Part shown: in pieces, positions 33,482 to 46,433 of the stretch
How positions within the stretch are numbered: the stretch's first letter is position 1
Layout of the letters: every line of letters begins with the position of its first letter
Source: Octopus bimaculoides
Taxonomy: Eukaryota
DNA length: 64,000 bases
Reading direction: 5' to 3'
Assembly (NCBI RefSeq): GCF_001194135.2
Contig: NC_068991.1
Location: 67,412,967-67,476,966, forward strand
Made by a program: the position numbers and the translations under genes
The notes under the pieces: model-generated
The model's input: the letters and a program-made list of their open reading frames with translations, nothing else
The model's database searches: none
Told to the model about the DNA's origin: nothing

Positions 33482-35380
33482 CCATCATCATTGTTTAATG
33501 TCAGTTTTCCATGCTAGCATGGGTTGGACGATTTGACTGAGGACTGGCGAACCAGATGGCTACACCAGACTCCAATCTAATATATATGTAACTATATGTA
33601 AATATATGAAATATATGTAAATATATGAAATATATGTCCTATATGTAAATATATTCACAATATATTTGTATACTGTATCAATAATGCTATTGCTAGAAAA
33701 TATGAGTGACTAAAAGGCATTTGTGGAGTTAATGAGCTGACAAGGGTTAGGGTTAGTTACAAGGGAGAGGCAGAGAACTAGCAAAATACTTGCTACAGTC
33801 CAAATATGTGATGTGCCTCTGGTATCCAACTATTAAAGGGGAGACAATCTCTTCTAGATTAAGTTAAGTTGAAGCGAACTTAAAAGTTTGGTATTCACAT
33901 AAGACTAAAGTAGAAGGTGTACAGAGTGTACACAATGTTGTCTTTCCTACACATAGAGTTATTAAAGTTTCTAGTTGTTGGTAGCCATTGATAGTGCTGT
34001 TTCATCCTTCTTTGGAATCATTAGCATGGCATACTACATCATCATTTAACATCTGTTTCCCATTGGACGGTTTGATTGAAAACTGGTAAGCTGGGGAGCT
34101 GCACTAGGTTCCAGTCTGATTTGGCATGGTTTCTACTGCTGGATGCCCTTCCTAACGCCAACCACTCTGGGAGTGTAGTGGATGCTTTTTACATGCCAGT
34201 CACAAAACACTGGCATCGACAAGGACTATGATCTCACTTGGCTTGAGAGGTCTTCTCATGCATGGTATATTCTTTTCTAATCTAAGCCCAAAATTTTTNN
34301 NNNNNNNNNNNNNNNNNNNNNNNNNNNNNNNNNNNNNNNNNNNNNNNNNNNNNNNNNNNNNNNNNNNNNNNNNNNNNNNNNNNNNNNNNNNNNNNNNNNN
34401 NNNNNNNNNNNNNNNNNNNNNNNNNNNNNNNNNNNNNNNNNNNNNNNNNNNNNNNNNNNNNNNNNNNNNNNNNNNNNNNNNNNNNNNNNNNNNNAAAAAA
34501 AAAAAAAAAAAAAAAATCCAGAGTTACATTAGAATGTTACAAAATTCTACATTTGAACAAGGGTAGGTAGGTTGAATGACACAAAATATTAGCCGACCAG
34601 AAAGAATGAAGCAAGGAAAATGTAACTATAGACTCTACAAATATTGATTTCAAATTTTGGCACAAAGCCAGCAATTTCAAGGGAGCAGGTAAGTTGATTA
34701 CATCATCCCCAGTGCTCAACTGGTACTTATTTTATTAACCCCTGAAAGGGGACGAAAGGCAAAGTTGACTTTGGTGGAATTTCAACTAAGAATGTGAAGA
34801 AGAATGAAACGTCTTCAGTGTTGCTAATGATTCTGCCACCTCACTACCTTAGATGCTACAAACATTCTTTTCTACTCTCGGCACAGGGCCCGAAAATTTT
34901 TAGGGGTTGCAGTCGATTAGATCGACCCCAGTATGCAACTGGTACTTAATTTATCGACCCCGAAAGGATGAAAGGCAAAGTCGACCTCGATGGAATTTGA
35001 ACTTAGAGCGTAAAGACAGACAAAATACTGCTAAGCATTTTGCCCGGCGTGCTAACGATTCTGCCAGTTTTCCGCCTTAGATGTTACAAATATTGACGAA
35101 GATGACTTTGTATTAATGTTTAAAGTGATCTGAGGATTGTTATGAAAAGGAAAACAAAATGCTAAAACATCCTGTGAAAGAACGAGGTCTTAGAATCTAC
35201 TAACTTTATCAAGTGAACCATGTAGAAGATGGTTGTGTTGTAAATTACCCATAAAATAACCGTTAAGAGGTGGGAACGAATGTAAGTAACATTGATGATG
35301 ATGATGAGGAGGAGAAAGAAATGATGAGACTATTTGTACAACAACTAAATATGTAATTATGGGAACATGCATACATATGA

Positions 35381-35411
<31 letters not shown>

Positions 35412-35976
35412 CATATGCACACATACAGCCAAAGAATGAATGTTGTTCTCCATTTATCTCTTGGAATGTTCTAGGCATTTCCAGAAAGGCTTTTGGTACC
35501 TGACACAGTTTGTTTTATCCCACATCTTTCAATATTCATGTTTTAGAATTCTTACTTTCCTTTCCCTAACACCTCCCAGAGCTTCTATTGGAATAGTCTT
35601 GTTGTTCTTAACCTCACATCCCTCTGTACTTCTATTAGAATACTTCAGCTCTCTTTGACTCTACAGTTCTCTAGTATTTATACTAGAATATTTGTTAGTT
35701 TTTACCCTACACCTCTGTTAGTAGCACATTCTAAAATTAGTATCAGGTACCCAAAAATTTGTAAATAAGGAAACACCAGGTGGATATTCGTTAGAAGGAG
35801 CATCACATCTATTTAGCTGACAGGCATTTATACAAGTTGTAACAGTATCAGTAGCCAAATAATTTAATTAGTAACAGACATCGTACTAAACCTGTAACAT
35901 AAATATAACATGTCTGAGTGTGTATATGTATGTGCACACATGCATGCTATAAGGATTAGACTGTAGTCTGAGGTAT

Positions 35977-36750
35977 ATCATCATCATCATCATCGTTTAA
36001 CGTCCGCTTTCCATGCTAGCATGGGTTGGACGATTTGACTGAGGACTGGTGAAACCGGATGGCAACACCAGGCTCCAGTCTAATTTGGCAGAGTTTCTAC
36101 AGCTGGATGCCCTTCCTAACGCCAACCACTCAGAGAGTGTAGTGGGTGCTTTTACATGTCACCCGCACGAAAACGGCCACGCTCGAAATGGTGTCTTTTA
36201 TGTGCCACCCGCACAAGCCAGTCCAGGGGCACTGGCAGCGATCTCGCTCGAAAATCCTACGGGAGCCAGTCAGGCGGTACTGGCATCGGCCACGCTCAAA
36301 ATGGTGCATNNNNNNNNNNNNNNNNNNNNNNNNNNNNNNNNNNNNNNNNNNNNNNNNNNNNNNNNNNNNNNNNNNNNNNNNNNNNNNNNNNNNNNNNNNN
36401 NNNNNNNNNNNNNNNNNNNNNNNNNNNNNNNNNNNNNNNNNNNNNNNNNNNNNNNNNNNNNNNNNNNNNNNNCCAGTCCAGGGGCACTGGCAACGATCTT
36501 ACTTGGCTTGCCGGGTCTTCTCACGCACAGCACATTTCCAAAGGTCTCGGTCAGTAGTCATCGCCTCGGTGAGGCCCAATGTACGAAGGTCTTGCCTCAC
36601 CACCTCAGCCCAGGTCTTCCTGGGCCTACCTCTTCCACAGGTTCCCTCAACTGTTAGGGTGTGGCACTTTTTCACGCAGCTATCCTCATCCATTCTCACC
36701 ACATGTCCATACCAGCGCAATCGTCTCTCTTGCACGCCACAACTGATGTA
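35977..36750 (-). mobile_element. RTE-clade LINE, 5'-truncated (ORF C-terminus, 3' UTR, (GAT)n tail)
   Basis: CGVQERRLRWYGHVVRMDEDSCVKK...GRGRPRKTWAEVVRQDL...DRDLWKCAVREKTRQAK* is a typical RTE ORF end; the 3' UTR matches the many (GAT)n-tailed copies in the window. Confidence 0.9.
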
Positions 36751-37151
36751 TATATTTATCATATATATTATTAACACTGATATATATTGGAGACAGAGTC
36801 TTTGGAGTCCAAGAAATAGTACCTTGTATTTCTTCTAACTAAAATAACTTTATGAGTGACTTACCAATTTTACTAATAATCAATGGCTGGAACATCTTTA
36901 ATCACAGCTCTGCTCAATCAGAGGTGACCTGGGGCTCACCAACAACAACAACTAGAATTACTACACTGACTTTAAAAGACATTATGTTGTTGCAATAATT
37001 CGATGTTTTTCAACCAGAGTAGCAACAATGACAGTGCAAAATAGTGTTGTTTGGTTATTTGATTTGCAATAAGATTAAATCATGACAAGACCAGGACATT
37101 GATTAAAACAAAATAAAACAAGAGTGACACAAATTAAAATAGATGGCTTAA

Positions 37152-37373
37152 CCCTTTTGTTACCAACATGACTGAAACCCGCTCTGGTTCTGTAGTACAA
37201 ATGTCTTGTTCTCATAAGTTCTGAATTAAAATTTTCCATCAAACCTTAGTCACAATTTATGTTCCTAACACGAGCTTAATGACAACTAAATTATTTCACT
37301 AAATTCTTTATCATACTCAAAATTAATTGAAAGAAACACAGAGCATTTCAACAGAAATATGGTAACAAAAGGG
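37152..37373. mobile_element. piggyBac-like MITE; related copies at about 16400-16635, 25636-25866, 37405-37630, 39760-39965
   Basis: TTAA-CCCTTTTGTTACCA...TGGTAACAAAAGGG-TTAA; same internal sequence in the other copies. Confidence 0.8.
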
Positions 37374-38116
37374 TTAAAATATATAATAGAGAAACATTTC
37401 TTAACGTTTTTGATACCAACCCGGCTGAAACCGCTGCTGGCTCTGTAGTGCAAATGTCTTGTTTTCAAAATTCTGGTTAAAATTTTCCACCAAAACCTTA
37501 GTCACAATTTATGTTCCTAACACTAGCTTAATGATAACTAAGTTATTTTACTAAATTCTTTGTAATATTTAAAATTAATTGAAAGACACACAGAGTATCT
37601 CAAAATAAATACAGTAATGAAAGAGTTAAGGTATTGTCATTGTAAAACCTAAAAGACCTGATTACCAGGTAGTGTGAGGCGTAAGCAACTGTAACAACAC
37701 AGAAGATTAGGATTTAACTATGTTATTCATGAGGAAGGAAGATATTGTTTCTTTATATATTCATTCATTTATTATTCTTTCTGTTCTGTGTTTTGACATC
37801 AGTTTTTCCCATGCTAGTATGGATTAAATGAATATATTTCTGGGGTGTTGTTTTACAGTAGGATGCCTCTTACGTCCACTGACGCTTTGTTTTTCAAGTA
37901 AAGGATCTCTTATTTTACACATCCTCGTAGATGATTTGTTGACAGAAGTAACAACAACAACAACACTAATTATAGTTCATGACTTTCACAGAGGACAAAT
38001 GTAAACAGGCACACGTAAATGTGTGTGTGTGTGTGAGAGCTTGTGGGTGGAAGTGTATGGCTTTATTGCTAGGATGGTGGTGGTGGTGCACTTATGATCA
38101 TAAGGTTAGTGCTAGG

Positions 38117-38355
38117 CATGTGGCTTAGTGGTTAGGGTATTCCACTCATAATCGTAAGATTGTGGTTTCGATTCTTGGACTGGGCGACCTGCTGTGTTCT
38201 TGAGCAAAACACTTCATTCCACGTTGCTCCACTCCACTCAACTGGCAAAAATGAGTAATCCTGAAATAGGCCAGTGTCCCATCCCATGGGAAGGGAATAT
38301 ATATGCCACAGAACCTAGGAAACTAACCGTATGAGCCTATGGCTTGGAAAGGACC
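38117..38355 (+). mobile_element. tRNA-headed SINE family F; other copies about 46757-46997(-), 54995-55100(+)
   Basis: A-box tggcttagtggttaggg, B-box ggtttcgattc, core ttcttgagcaaaacacttcat. Confidence 0.75.
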
Positions 38356-38453
38356 TTTAATCTTTTTTCTTTTTCATATAAATATGTGTGTGCGCGCACA
38401 TGCATGACAAGTTTCTTTCAGTTTCTGTCTACCAAATTCACTCACAGGATTTA

Positions 38454-38636
38454 CCATATTTTAACATGTATAAGGAACCCTTGTGTATAAAGAAACCCCT
38501 TATTTTTGAGACTTAAAATTTGGGAAAAAGGTTTTGTAAGGGATTATAATACTATCCATGTATAAGAAACACCCATATTTTTTAAGCCTAATTTTTGATA
38601 AAAAAAAAAGGATTCCTTATTCATGTTAAAATACGG
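38454..38636. mobile_element. pogo/Tigger-like MITE inserted in a SINE head
   Basis: TIR CC(A/G)TATTTTAACATG..ATAAGGAA, TA TSD; SINE sequence resumes on both sides. Confidence 0.75.
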
Positions 38637-39254
38637 TAGTTGACATGGGGTCATACCAGAGAACCCCTGTCCAAGGTGTTGCACATGAGAACTGAATCTG
38701 AAGCAAGATAGTTGGAAAGAGGAAAATTCTCATGCATACAGCGATGCATGTGTTTATATATAATGATTAGTAATTATATTGTAACAACCACCTCCTGATT
38801 ATTACCGTAATATAATTATTACTATAATTATAACAATTGTGATTATTACTATAACACCTATCAAACAACTTATCTACTTCCAAATTTAGATGCCTTCACT
38901 CAATATATAATTTGTAATTCAAGTGTTGTCAAGCTTTTTTGCATATGTGACTAATTGTCATTGTTACCAGTGGTTGTCAGAGGCATTCAACTCCTTAAGT
39001 GGCACCTGTGCCAGTGACATGTAAGAGGCACCCGTACTGGTGACATGTGAAATGCACCCATGCCAGTGATATGTAAGTGGTACTTGTGCTGGTAACACGT
39101 AAAAGACACCCAGTACACTCTGTAGAGTGGTTGGTGTTAGGAAGGGCATCCAATCAAAAAAACCAAGCCAAAACAGACTGGAGCCTGGTGCAGCTCTCTG
39201 GCTTGCCAGCTCCTGTCTAACTCATGTCAGTATGGAAAACAGACTTTAAAGGAC

Positions 39255-39286
<32 letters not shown>

Positions 39287-42200
39287 GTGTTTGAATGAAT
39301 TGGAATGGCTGTTATACAAGAATGAACAATAGAGAAAGTTAATCAAAAAATAAAAGTTGGTTACTCTTTTTTACTCTTTTACTTGTTTCAGTCATTTGAC
39401 TGCGGCAATGCTGGAGCACCGCCTTTTAGTTGAGTAAATCGACCCCAGGACTTATTCTTTGTAAGCCTAGTACTTATTCTATCTGTCACTTTTGCCAAAC
39501 CGCTAAGTTACAGGGACATAAACACACCACCATCGGGGGGACAAACACAGAAACACAAACATATATATATATATATATATACATATATACGACGGGCTTC
39601 TTTCAGTTTCCGTCTACCAAATCCACTCACAAGGCTTTGTTCGGCCTGAGGCTATAGTAGAAAACACTTGCCCAAGGTGCCACACAGTGGTAACGAACGT
39701 GGGACCTTGTGGTTGGTAAGCAAGCTACTTACCACACAGCCACTCCTGTGCCTATAATTAATCCTTTTGATACCAACCCACCTGAATCCAATCATACAAA
39801 CTTCTTGCTTTAAAATGATATAAATTTAATCTTCCAACAAAATTTCACCTTAATTTATGTTCCAAGCACCAGCTTAATATTGACAAAGTTATTTTGCTAA
39901 TTTCTTCAGTTTTTAATTGAAACAGAAACAGTGTACATCAACAGACATATGGTAATAATAAAATGGTCAAAGTGTAAGATAACTGTGGAATGACCATACA
40001 ACATGGAAATAATAGCAAATAACTTTTGCAATAACTAACAGTTCTTAAGCAAAATTAACTAAAATTCCTTGCACAAGTTCAAATGATTTTTGAAATAAGA
40101 CCAACAAAGCAATATTTTTTGATTCATAGGCAAAATAGGCAGTGGTTGTCTTCATGTAAATATGGGTAAGTATTCAATTGAAGACCGGTTTTAATCACTT
40201 GTTTGCTATTAATAGCTTCTGGAAGCTACAATTGGAACTATCTCAGCATATGGAATGCAAGCTTATGAAAGCCAATTGCACAAACATTTTTGACAATGCA
40301 GAGAACCATTAATTAGATCGTTAAACTTCTCTTTGAATCTAATAAGGCTATGGTTCATGAATGCACTTAATAAAAAAATGATTATCAAGTAGTTGGGTCA
40401 TTTATTATTTATGGTAGGAAGGAGTGGAGATGATAAATTCAGAGATAATTTCTAATGGAATGAACCACAACTACTGGTATGGTGTTCATTAAACGTTCAA
40501 AATATCATCTAATTTGGCTGCAAAATCTATTCAATGAATTTCCTTTGGTTATTCAGCTCTTTGATCAAATGAACCTAATGCTTATTGAATTAACATGTAA
40601 GTGGCTGAACAGTCAACAGAAACATGTATCAAATCCTTTTGATATTAACTCACCTCAGACTGCCTTTCATTCTATGATTGCAATCATGCAAGCTTACTTT
40701 CCCCATTCACCCTATCCAATCCTTGGTTCTGCTTATATACACCTCCTTGTAACTGAATGTACCCACCTCCACCATCACATCTTCACCTTTTCTCTTCTTT
40801 ATCTTTCCTCTTTCTCCCCAACTAAGGCAGCCATGTATCTCCTTTATATTCTAGATACCTATTTCTGTCCTTCTATTCACACTTTAACCGCTCACCACCA
40901 GACACAAACTCACCTCCCTCAAAACTACTCCCCACTCAGTTGAAGGGTCTTGTCTTGTAAGTTATTTGGTGGTCTCACTGCTGCTTGGCACCATGTAAAA
41001 AGCACGTCTGTTTCCATCTACCAAATCCACTCACAAGGCTTTGGGTGGCCCGAGGCTATAGTAGAAGACACTTGCTCAAGGTGCCACACAGTGGGACTGA
41101 ACCCGGAACCATGTGGTTGGTAAGCAAGCTACTTACCACACAGCCACTCCTGCACCTATGTATATATTTATGTGTGTCTGTGTTTGTCCTACCTTCCATC
41201 ACTTGACAACTGATGTTGGTGTGTTTGCATCCCTGTAACTTAGCAGTTCGGCAAAAGTGACTGATAGAATAAGTACTAGGCTTACAAAGAATAAGTCCTG
41301 GAGTCGATTTGTTCGACTAAAGGCGGTGCTCCAGCATGGCCGCAGTCAAACGACTGAAACAAATAAGAGAATAAAAGAGGAGTATGTTGTTGAGCTTGTA
41401 TTTATGTGACTGTGTCAGATGCGTCTTGGTGACCAAGCAGAAGCCCCCTCTTCACTGGCCTACGCATTGTAAGTAGTTATCAGCATCACCATATCTTGGT
41501 TAGTCACTTTTGAAGTGCTGACGTATCTCCAGGAAAGGACAACTTGACCCAATATTTTAACAATAACAACCAATTACACAAAGATAGCAAACTAATTTGT
41601 GCAGAGAGAGAGAGAGGTGGAGGGAGACGGCAGGGGGCAAAAGAGGTGGAGATGGAAGGAAGAAGAAGAGGAGCAGAAAGCAACAGATAATGGTATATTC
41701 TATAATGGTTTCAAAGTTTGAGGGGAGGGGGTAAGTTGATAATATTGACCCCATTGCTCAACTGGTACTTATTTTATTGACCCTGAAAGGATGAAAAACC
41801 AAGTCAGTCTCAGTGGAATTTGAACTCGGAATGCAAAAAGACGGATGAAATGCTACAACGATTCTGCTCATTGGCTGCCTTAGCATATGTTCTCTTATTC
41901 TTTTATTTGTTTCAGTCATTTAACTGTGGCCATACTGGAGCACCGCCTTTAGTCGAGCAAATCGACCACAGGGCTTATTCTTTGTAAGCCTAGTACTTAT
42001 TCTATCGGTCTTTTTTTTTGCTGAACTGCTAGGTTATGGGGACATAAACACACCAGCATTGGTTCTCAAGCGATGGTAGGGGGACAAACACAGACACACA
42101 ATTGCATATATATCTCTTTTACTTATTTCAGTCACTTGACAGCGGCCATGCTGGAGCACCACCTTTAGTCGAGCAAATCGACCCCAGGACTTATTCTTTG

Positions 42201-44735
42201 TAAGCCTAGTTCTTATTCTTNNNNNNNNNNNNNNNNNNNNNNNNNNNNNNNNNNNNNNNNNNNNNNNNNNNNNNNNNNNNNNNNNNNNNNNNNNNNNNNN
42301 NNNNNNNNNNNNNNNNNNNNNNNNNNNNNNNNNNNNNNNNNNNNNNNNNNNNNNNNNNNNNNNNNNNNNNNNATATATATATATATATATACGATGGGCT
42401 TCTTTCAGTTTCCGTCTACAAAATCCATTCACAAGGCTTTGGTTGACCCGAGGCTATAGTGGAAGACACTTGCCCAAGGTACCACGCAGTGGGACTGAAC
42501 CCAGAACCATGTGGTTGGTAAGCAAGCTACTTACCATACAGCCACTCCCCAAACATTTTGGGCCTTGTACCTAGAGTAGAAAAGAATAAACATCATTGCT
42601 ATTGTCAGTGTTGTTGTCTTCCTCATCATTATCATAATTCACAACTAGGTGGCATCACATCAGCATTATAATTACAACATCTTTGATGCTAGCATGGGTT
42701 GGACAAGATTTTGACACAGTATTTCTATCACTAAGCTCTTCCTGATACAAACCTTTACTGGTTTTCAAGTAAGTAATGTACCTCATTTCACTAGTCTTTG
42801 AATGCTGAACTACTGGCAAACAGGATAAACAGATGTTATGACCACCCAAATGATATCAATATAATATCGTTTTAGCTTGTGATGCAAAGTTTAAATCCTC
42901 CCAAATCTATTGCTTAGAGGGGCATGGGTTTTATTGCAATGACTTGCCCTCATTTTCTTTTCATTGCTCCATGACTAAACACTTGCAGAAAAGACATGAA
43001 CAGGAAGAAAATCCTAGAGGGCTGATGTTCCAAAGAGAAAGGATTGGGCATAATGGCCAATGTGGGGATGAGGAGCTGGATACATTGAGCATGAAGAGAG
43101 GTGGAAGAGTACATAATTTCTGTTATTGTAATACAACAGTATTAATACATAAAGCGTGATGGGCCATGATCGTGGCCCAGATAGATGCATTTAATTTATG
43201 GGCGTTTGTTGGGGGTCTAATGTCACTCAAACACCCCGATACCCTCCAGAATGCAAGAGGACTATGACTTCTCAAATGATGTAAAACTTGCCACCATGAT
43301 ATATTAAGAAGATAGTTTAACTAATTTTTGTCTTTTATGTGTGCACAGTAGTCTCATTTTCATAAAATGTGCTCAGCAGTCCATGCTATGTAAGTGTAAA
43401 TCCCAGCACTTTATGGGTTAAAAACATTTTAGGAAAACAACCTTTAGTCAATCAGAAGAGCTATATCAAGGGACATAAGCCAACAACAGTGTCTTCATGA
43501 TGTCTCTGGACATGGTAGAAATAGCAGCCAAATCTCTTTTAAATTACACCATAGCATCTTCAAAGAAGAAATTCACTTTGGCTATTGCAATTGTCAATAC
43601 ATTATGTTTGGAAAAAGAGATGTTCATGGTTAGTCACTTAGTCACATTTTTGATCATAGGCCAGCTGATGAAGCAAGCCTCTGGATTAAAAAAACACATA
43701 CTTGTATATTTGAAAATGACTGTTGCTGTTTAGCATTTGATTAAGTTCTGTCCACAATTTGGTCAGAGCTAATTAAATATATTCTTCAGTTTTCTTCTAG
43801 ATCCACACATTATTTCTTGCTCTAAACATTCTTGCATAAGCTGTTACTGGGAGTATCTATTATGACAGTGCCAACTTAAGTGTCTTTCACGTTACATAAA
43901 CATACACATCTAGCAACTACATCAGTGTAAGTAGACATATTTACATGAACAGCACATGTAATTGTTCTCAAGTGGTCATTTCAGATCTAATATTTCCACT
44001 CTAATCTCTGGCTGGAATCTCATATCTCATCTTGTACTGCGTAGGACATACATAATAGTCGAAGACAAAAGATGATAATAAATGAATTCTATGAAGTATG
44101 GAGCTATGTAGAAAGAGTAGCTGATGAGAACTGGATGCTGAGGACAGGTTAAAAAGGAAATAAATTCCAGAAAATGTAAGGTGAAGATAAGGTTTGCAGT
44201 GAAGAAGTTCAGTTGCCAATCATGTGGCTTTGGGTTCAGTCCCACTGCATGGCACCTACAGCCCTGGACTGACTAAAGCTCCATAAGTGGAATTTAGAAG
44301 GTGGAAACTAAAAAAAACTAGGCCTGTGTGTATATATATGTGTATGTATATAAATATATGTGCATATATATATATATATATANNNNNNNNNNNNNNNNNN
44401 NNNNNNNNNNNNNNNNNNNNNNNNNNNNNNNNNNNNNNNNNNNNNNNNNNNNNNNNNNNNNNNNNNNNNNNNNNNNNNNNNNNNNNNNNNNNNNNNNNNN
44501 NNNNNNNNNNNNNNNNNNNNNNNNNNNNNNNNNNNNNNNNNNNNNNNNNNNNNNNNNNNNNNNNNNNNNNNNNNNNNNNNNNNNNNNNNNNNNNNNNNNN
44601 NNNNNNNNNNNNNNNNNNNNNNNNNNNNNNNNNNNNNNNNNNNNNNNNNNNNNNNNNNNNNNNNNNNNNNNNNNNNNNNNNNNNNNNNNNNNNNNNNNNN
44701 NNNNNNNNNNNNNNNNNNNNNNNNNNNNNNNNNNN

Positions 44736-44773
<38 letters not shown>

Positions 44774-44957
44774 TTGTAGTGTAACAACGGGCTTCTTTCA
44801 GTTTCCATCTAACAAATCCACTCACAAGGCTTTGGTTGGCTTGAGGCTATACTAAAAGACACCTGCCCAAGGTGCCACACAGTGAAACTGAACCTGGAAC
44901 CATGTGGTTGGGAAGCAAGCTTCTTACCGCACAGCCACTTTAGTTTCCACCTACTAG

Positions 44958-44988
<31 letters not shown>

Positions 44989-46217
44989 CATAGATACATA
45001 CACCACACTGTCCCAGGGTGTATATTCATGTAATCAGGGACCACATGTGAACTTGTAGTCTCACTGAAACACAGAACATGAACTCTTCACCCCAGCATTT
45101 GTGAGGAACAAGGTGGACTTATTGCATGGAGATGGCTCAACCTACCCTTGATGAATGCTGCAACAAGGACAAGTAGTAATATAAACAACAGTATGAAACA
45201 ATATAAAACAACAGTTTATGTGTTGATGTTCATTCAGTGATTCATGTGTAAGAAAATATGTTATACAAGATGACTGTAGCATGAAAAAAAAAAGAGACAA
45301 AAATTAAGATGCTTTTATGGGAGGTGGTGGACATAATTTAGTTCTTCAGTACTTCTTCAACTATGCAGTTCTTTAACTGTGAGTTTCATTCAAAGCAGAA
45401 ACTCTGTTGCTGCAGAAGCTGCATTCATTTGTAATTGTAAACAAAATAAGCTGCAATAGCTTGCAACTGTAAACTGTAACAGCTTGCAATTGTAAGCTGC
45501 AATGACTTGTAACTGTAAGCTGTGTAATGTGCAATGGGACGTGTCCTGCAGCAGTAGTGCATCTGTACGTCAATGCCAATGCAGCTTGCCAAAGCTGCGT
45601 AGTATGTTGTTGTTGTTGTTGGCACTCCGTCGCTCACGACGTCGGGGGTTCCAGTTGATCCGATCAACGGAACAGCCTGCTTGTGAAATTAACGTGCAAG
45701 TGGCTGAGCACTCCACAGACATGTGTACCCTTAACGTAGTTCTCGGGGATATTCAGCGTGACACAGAGTGTGACAAGGCTGACCCTTTGAATTACAGGCA
45801 CAACAGAAACAGGAAGTAAGAGTGAGAGAAAGTTGTGGTGGAAGAGTACAGCAGGGTTCGCCACCATCCCCTGCCGGAGCCTCATGCAGCTTAACGTGCT
45901 TTCGCTCAATAAACACTCACAACGCCCGGTCTGGGAATCGAAACCGTGATCCTATGACCACGAGTCTGCTGCCCTAACCACTGGGCCATTGCGCCTCCAC
46001 TGCGTAGTATGTACAAAGAAATGAAAGATATAACAGCTGTATAAAGCAAAACAAGCTGCAGTTAGTTACTGGTGCAATGGTTACTGCATTGACTGCTGTA
46101 GGTACAAGCTCCACTGTGAGCTTAGTAAAAGCCTGATGCTAACTAACTTAGGCCTATCATGTGGAGAAATGAAATAGTGAATCGACTCTTTCTTTCATAG
46201 TATTGGAATAGTCGACA

Positions 46218-46433
46218 AGGCGGTGAGCTGGTAGAAATGTTGGCATGCCAGGCAAAATGCTTAGTGGCATTTTGTCTGTCTTTACATTCTGAGTTCAAAT
46301 TCCACCAAGGTCGACTTAGCCTTTCATCCTTTCGGGGTCGATAAATTAAGTACCAGTTGCATACTGAGGTCGATCGAATCGACTGGCCCCCTCCCCAAAC
46401 ATTTCTGGCCTTGTGCCTAGAGTAGAAAAAAAA
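46218..46433 (+). mobile_element. tRNA-headed SINE family D with 17-bp TSD; other copies about 29795-30003(-), 34640-34850(-), 34865-35078(-), 41700-41882(-), 56470-56705(-), 62640-62770(+)
   Basis: TSD tattggaatagtcgaca (46201/46434); conserved core gcctttcatcctttcggggtcgataaattaagtaccag. Confidence 0.88.

Noticed and set aside
33743-33757. TTAGGG motifs here and near 51582
   Set aside because: Only one or two units; not an interstitial telomeric array.
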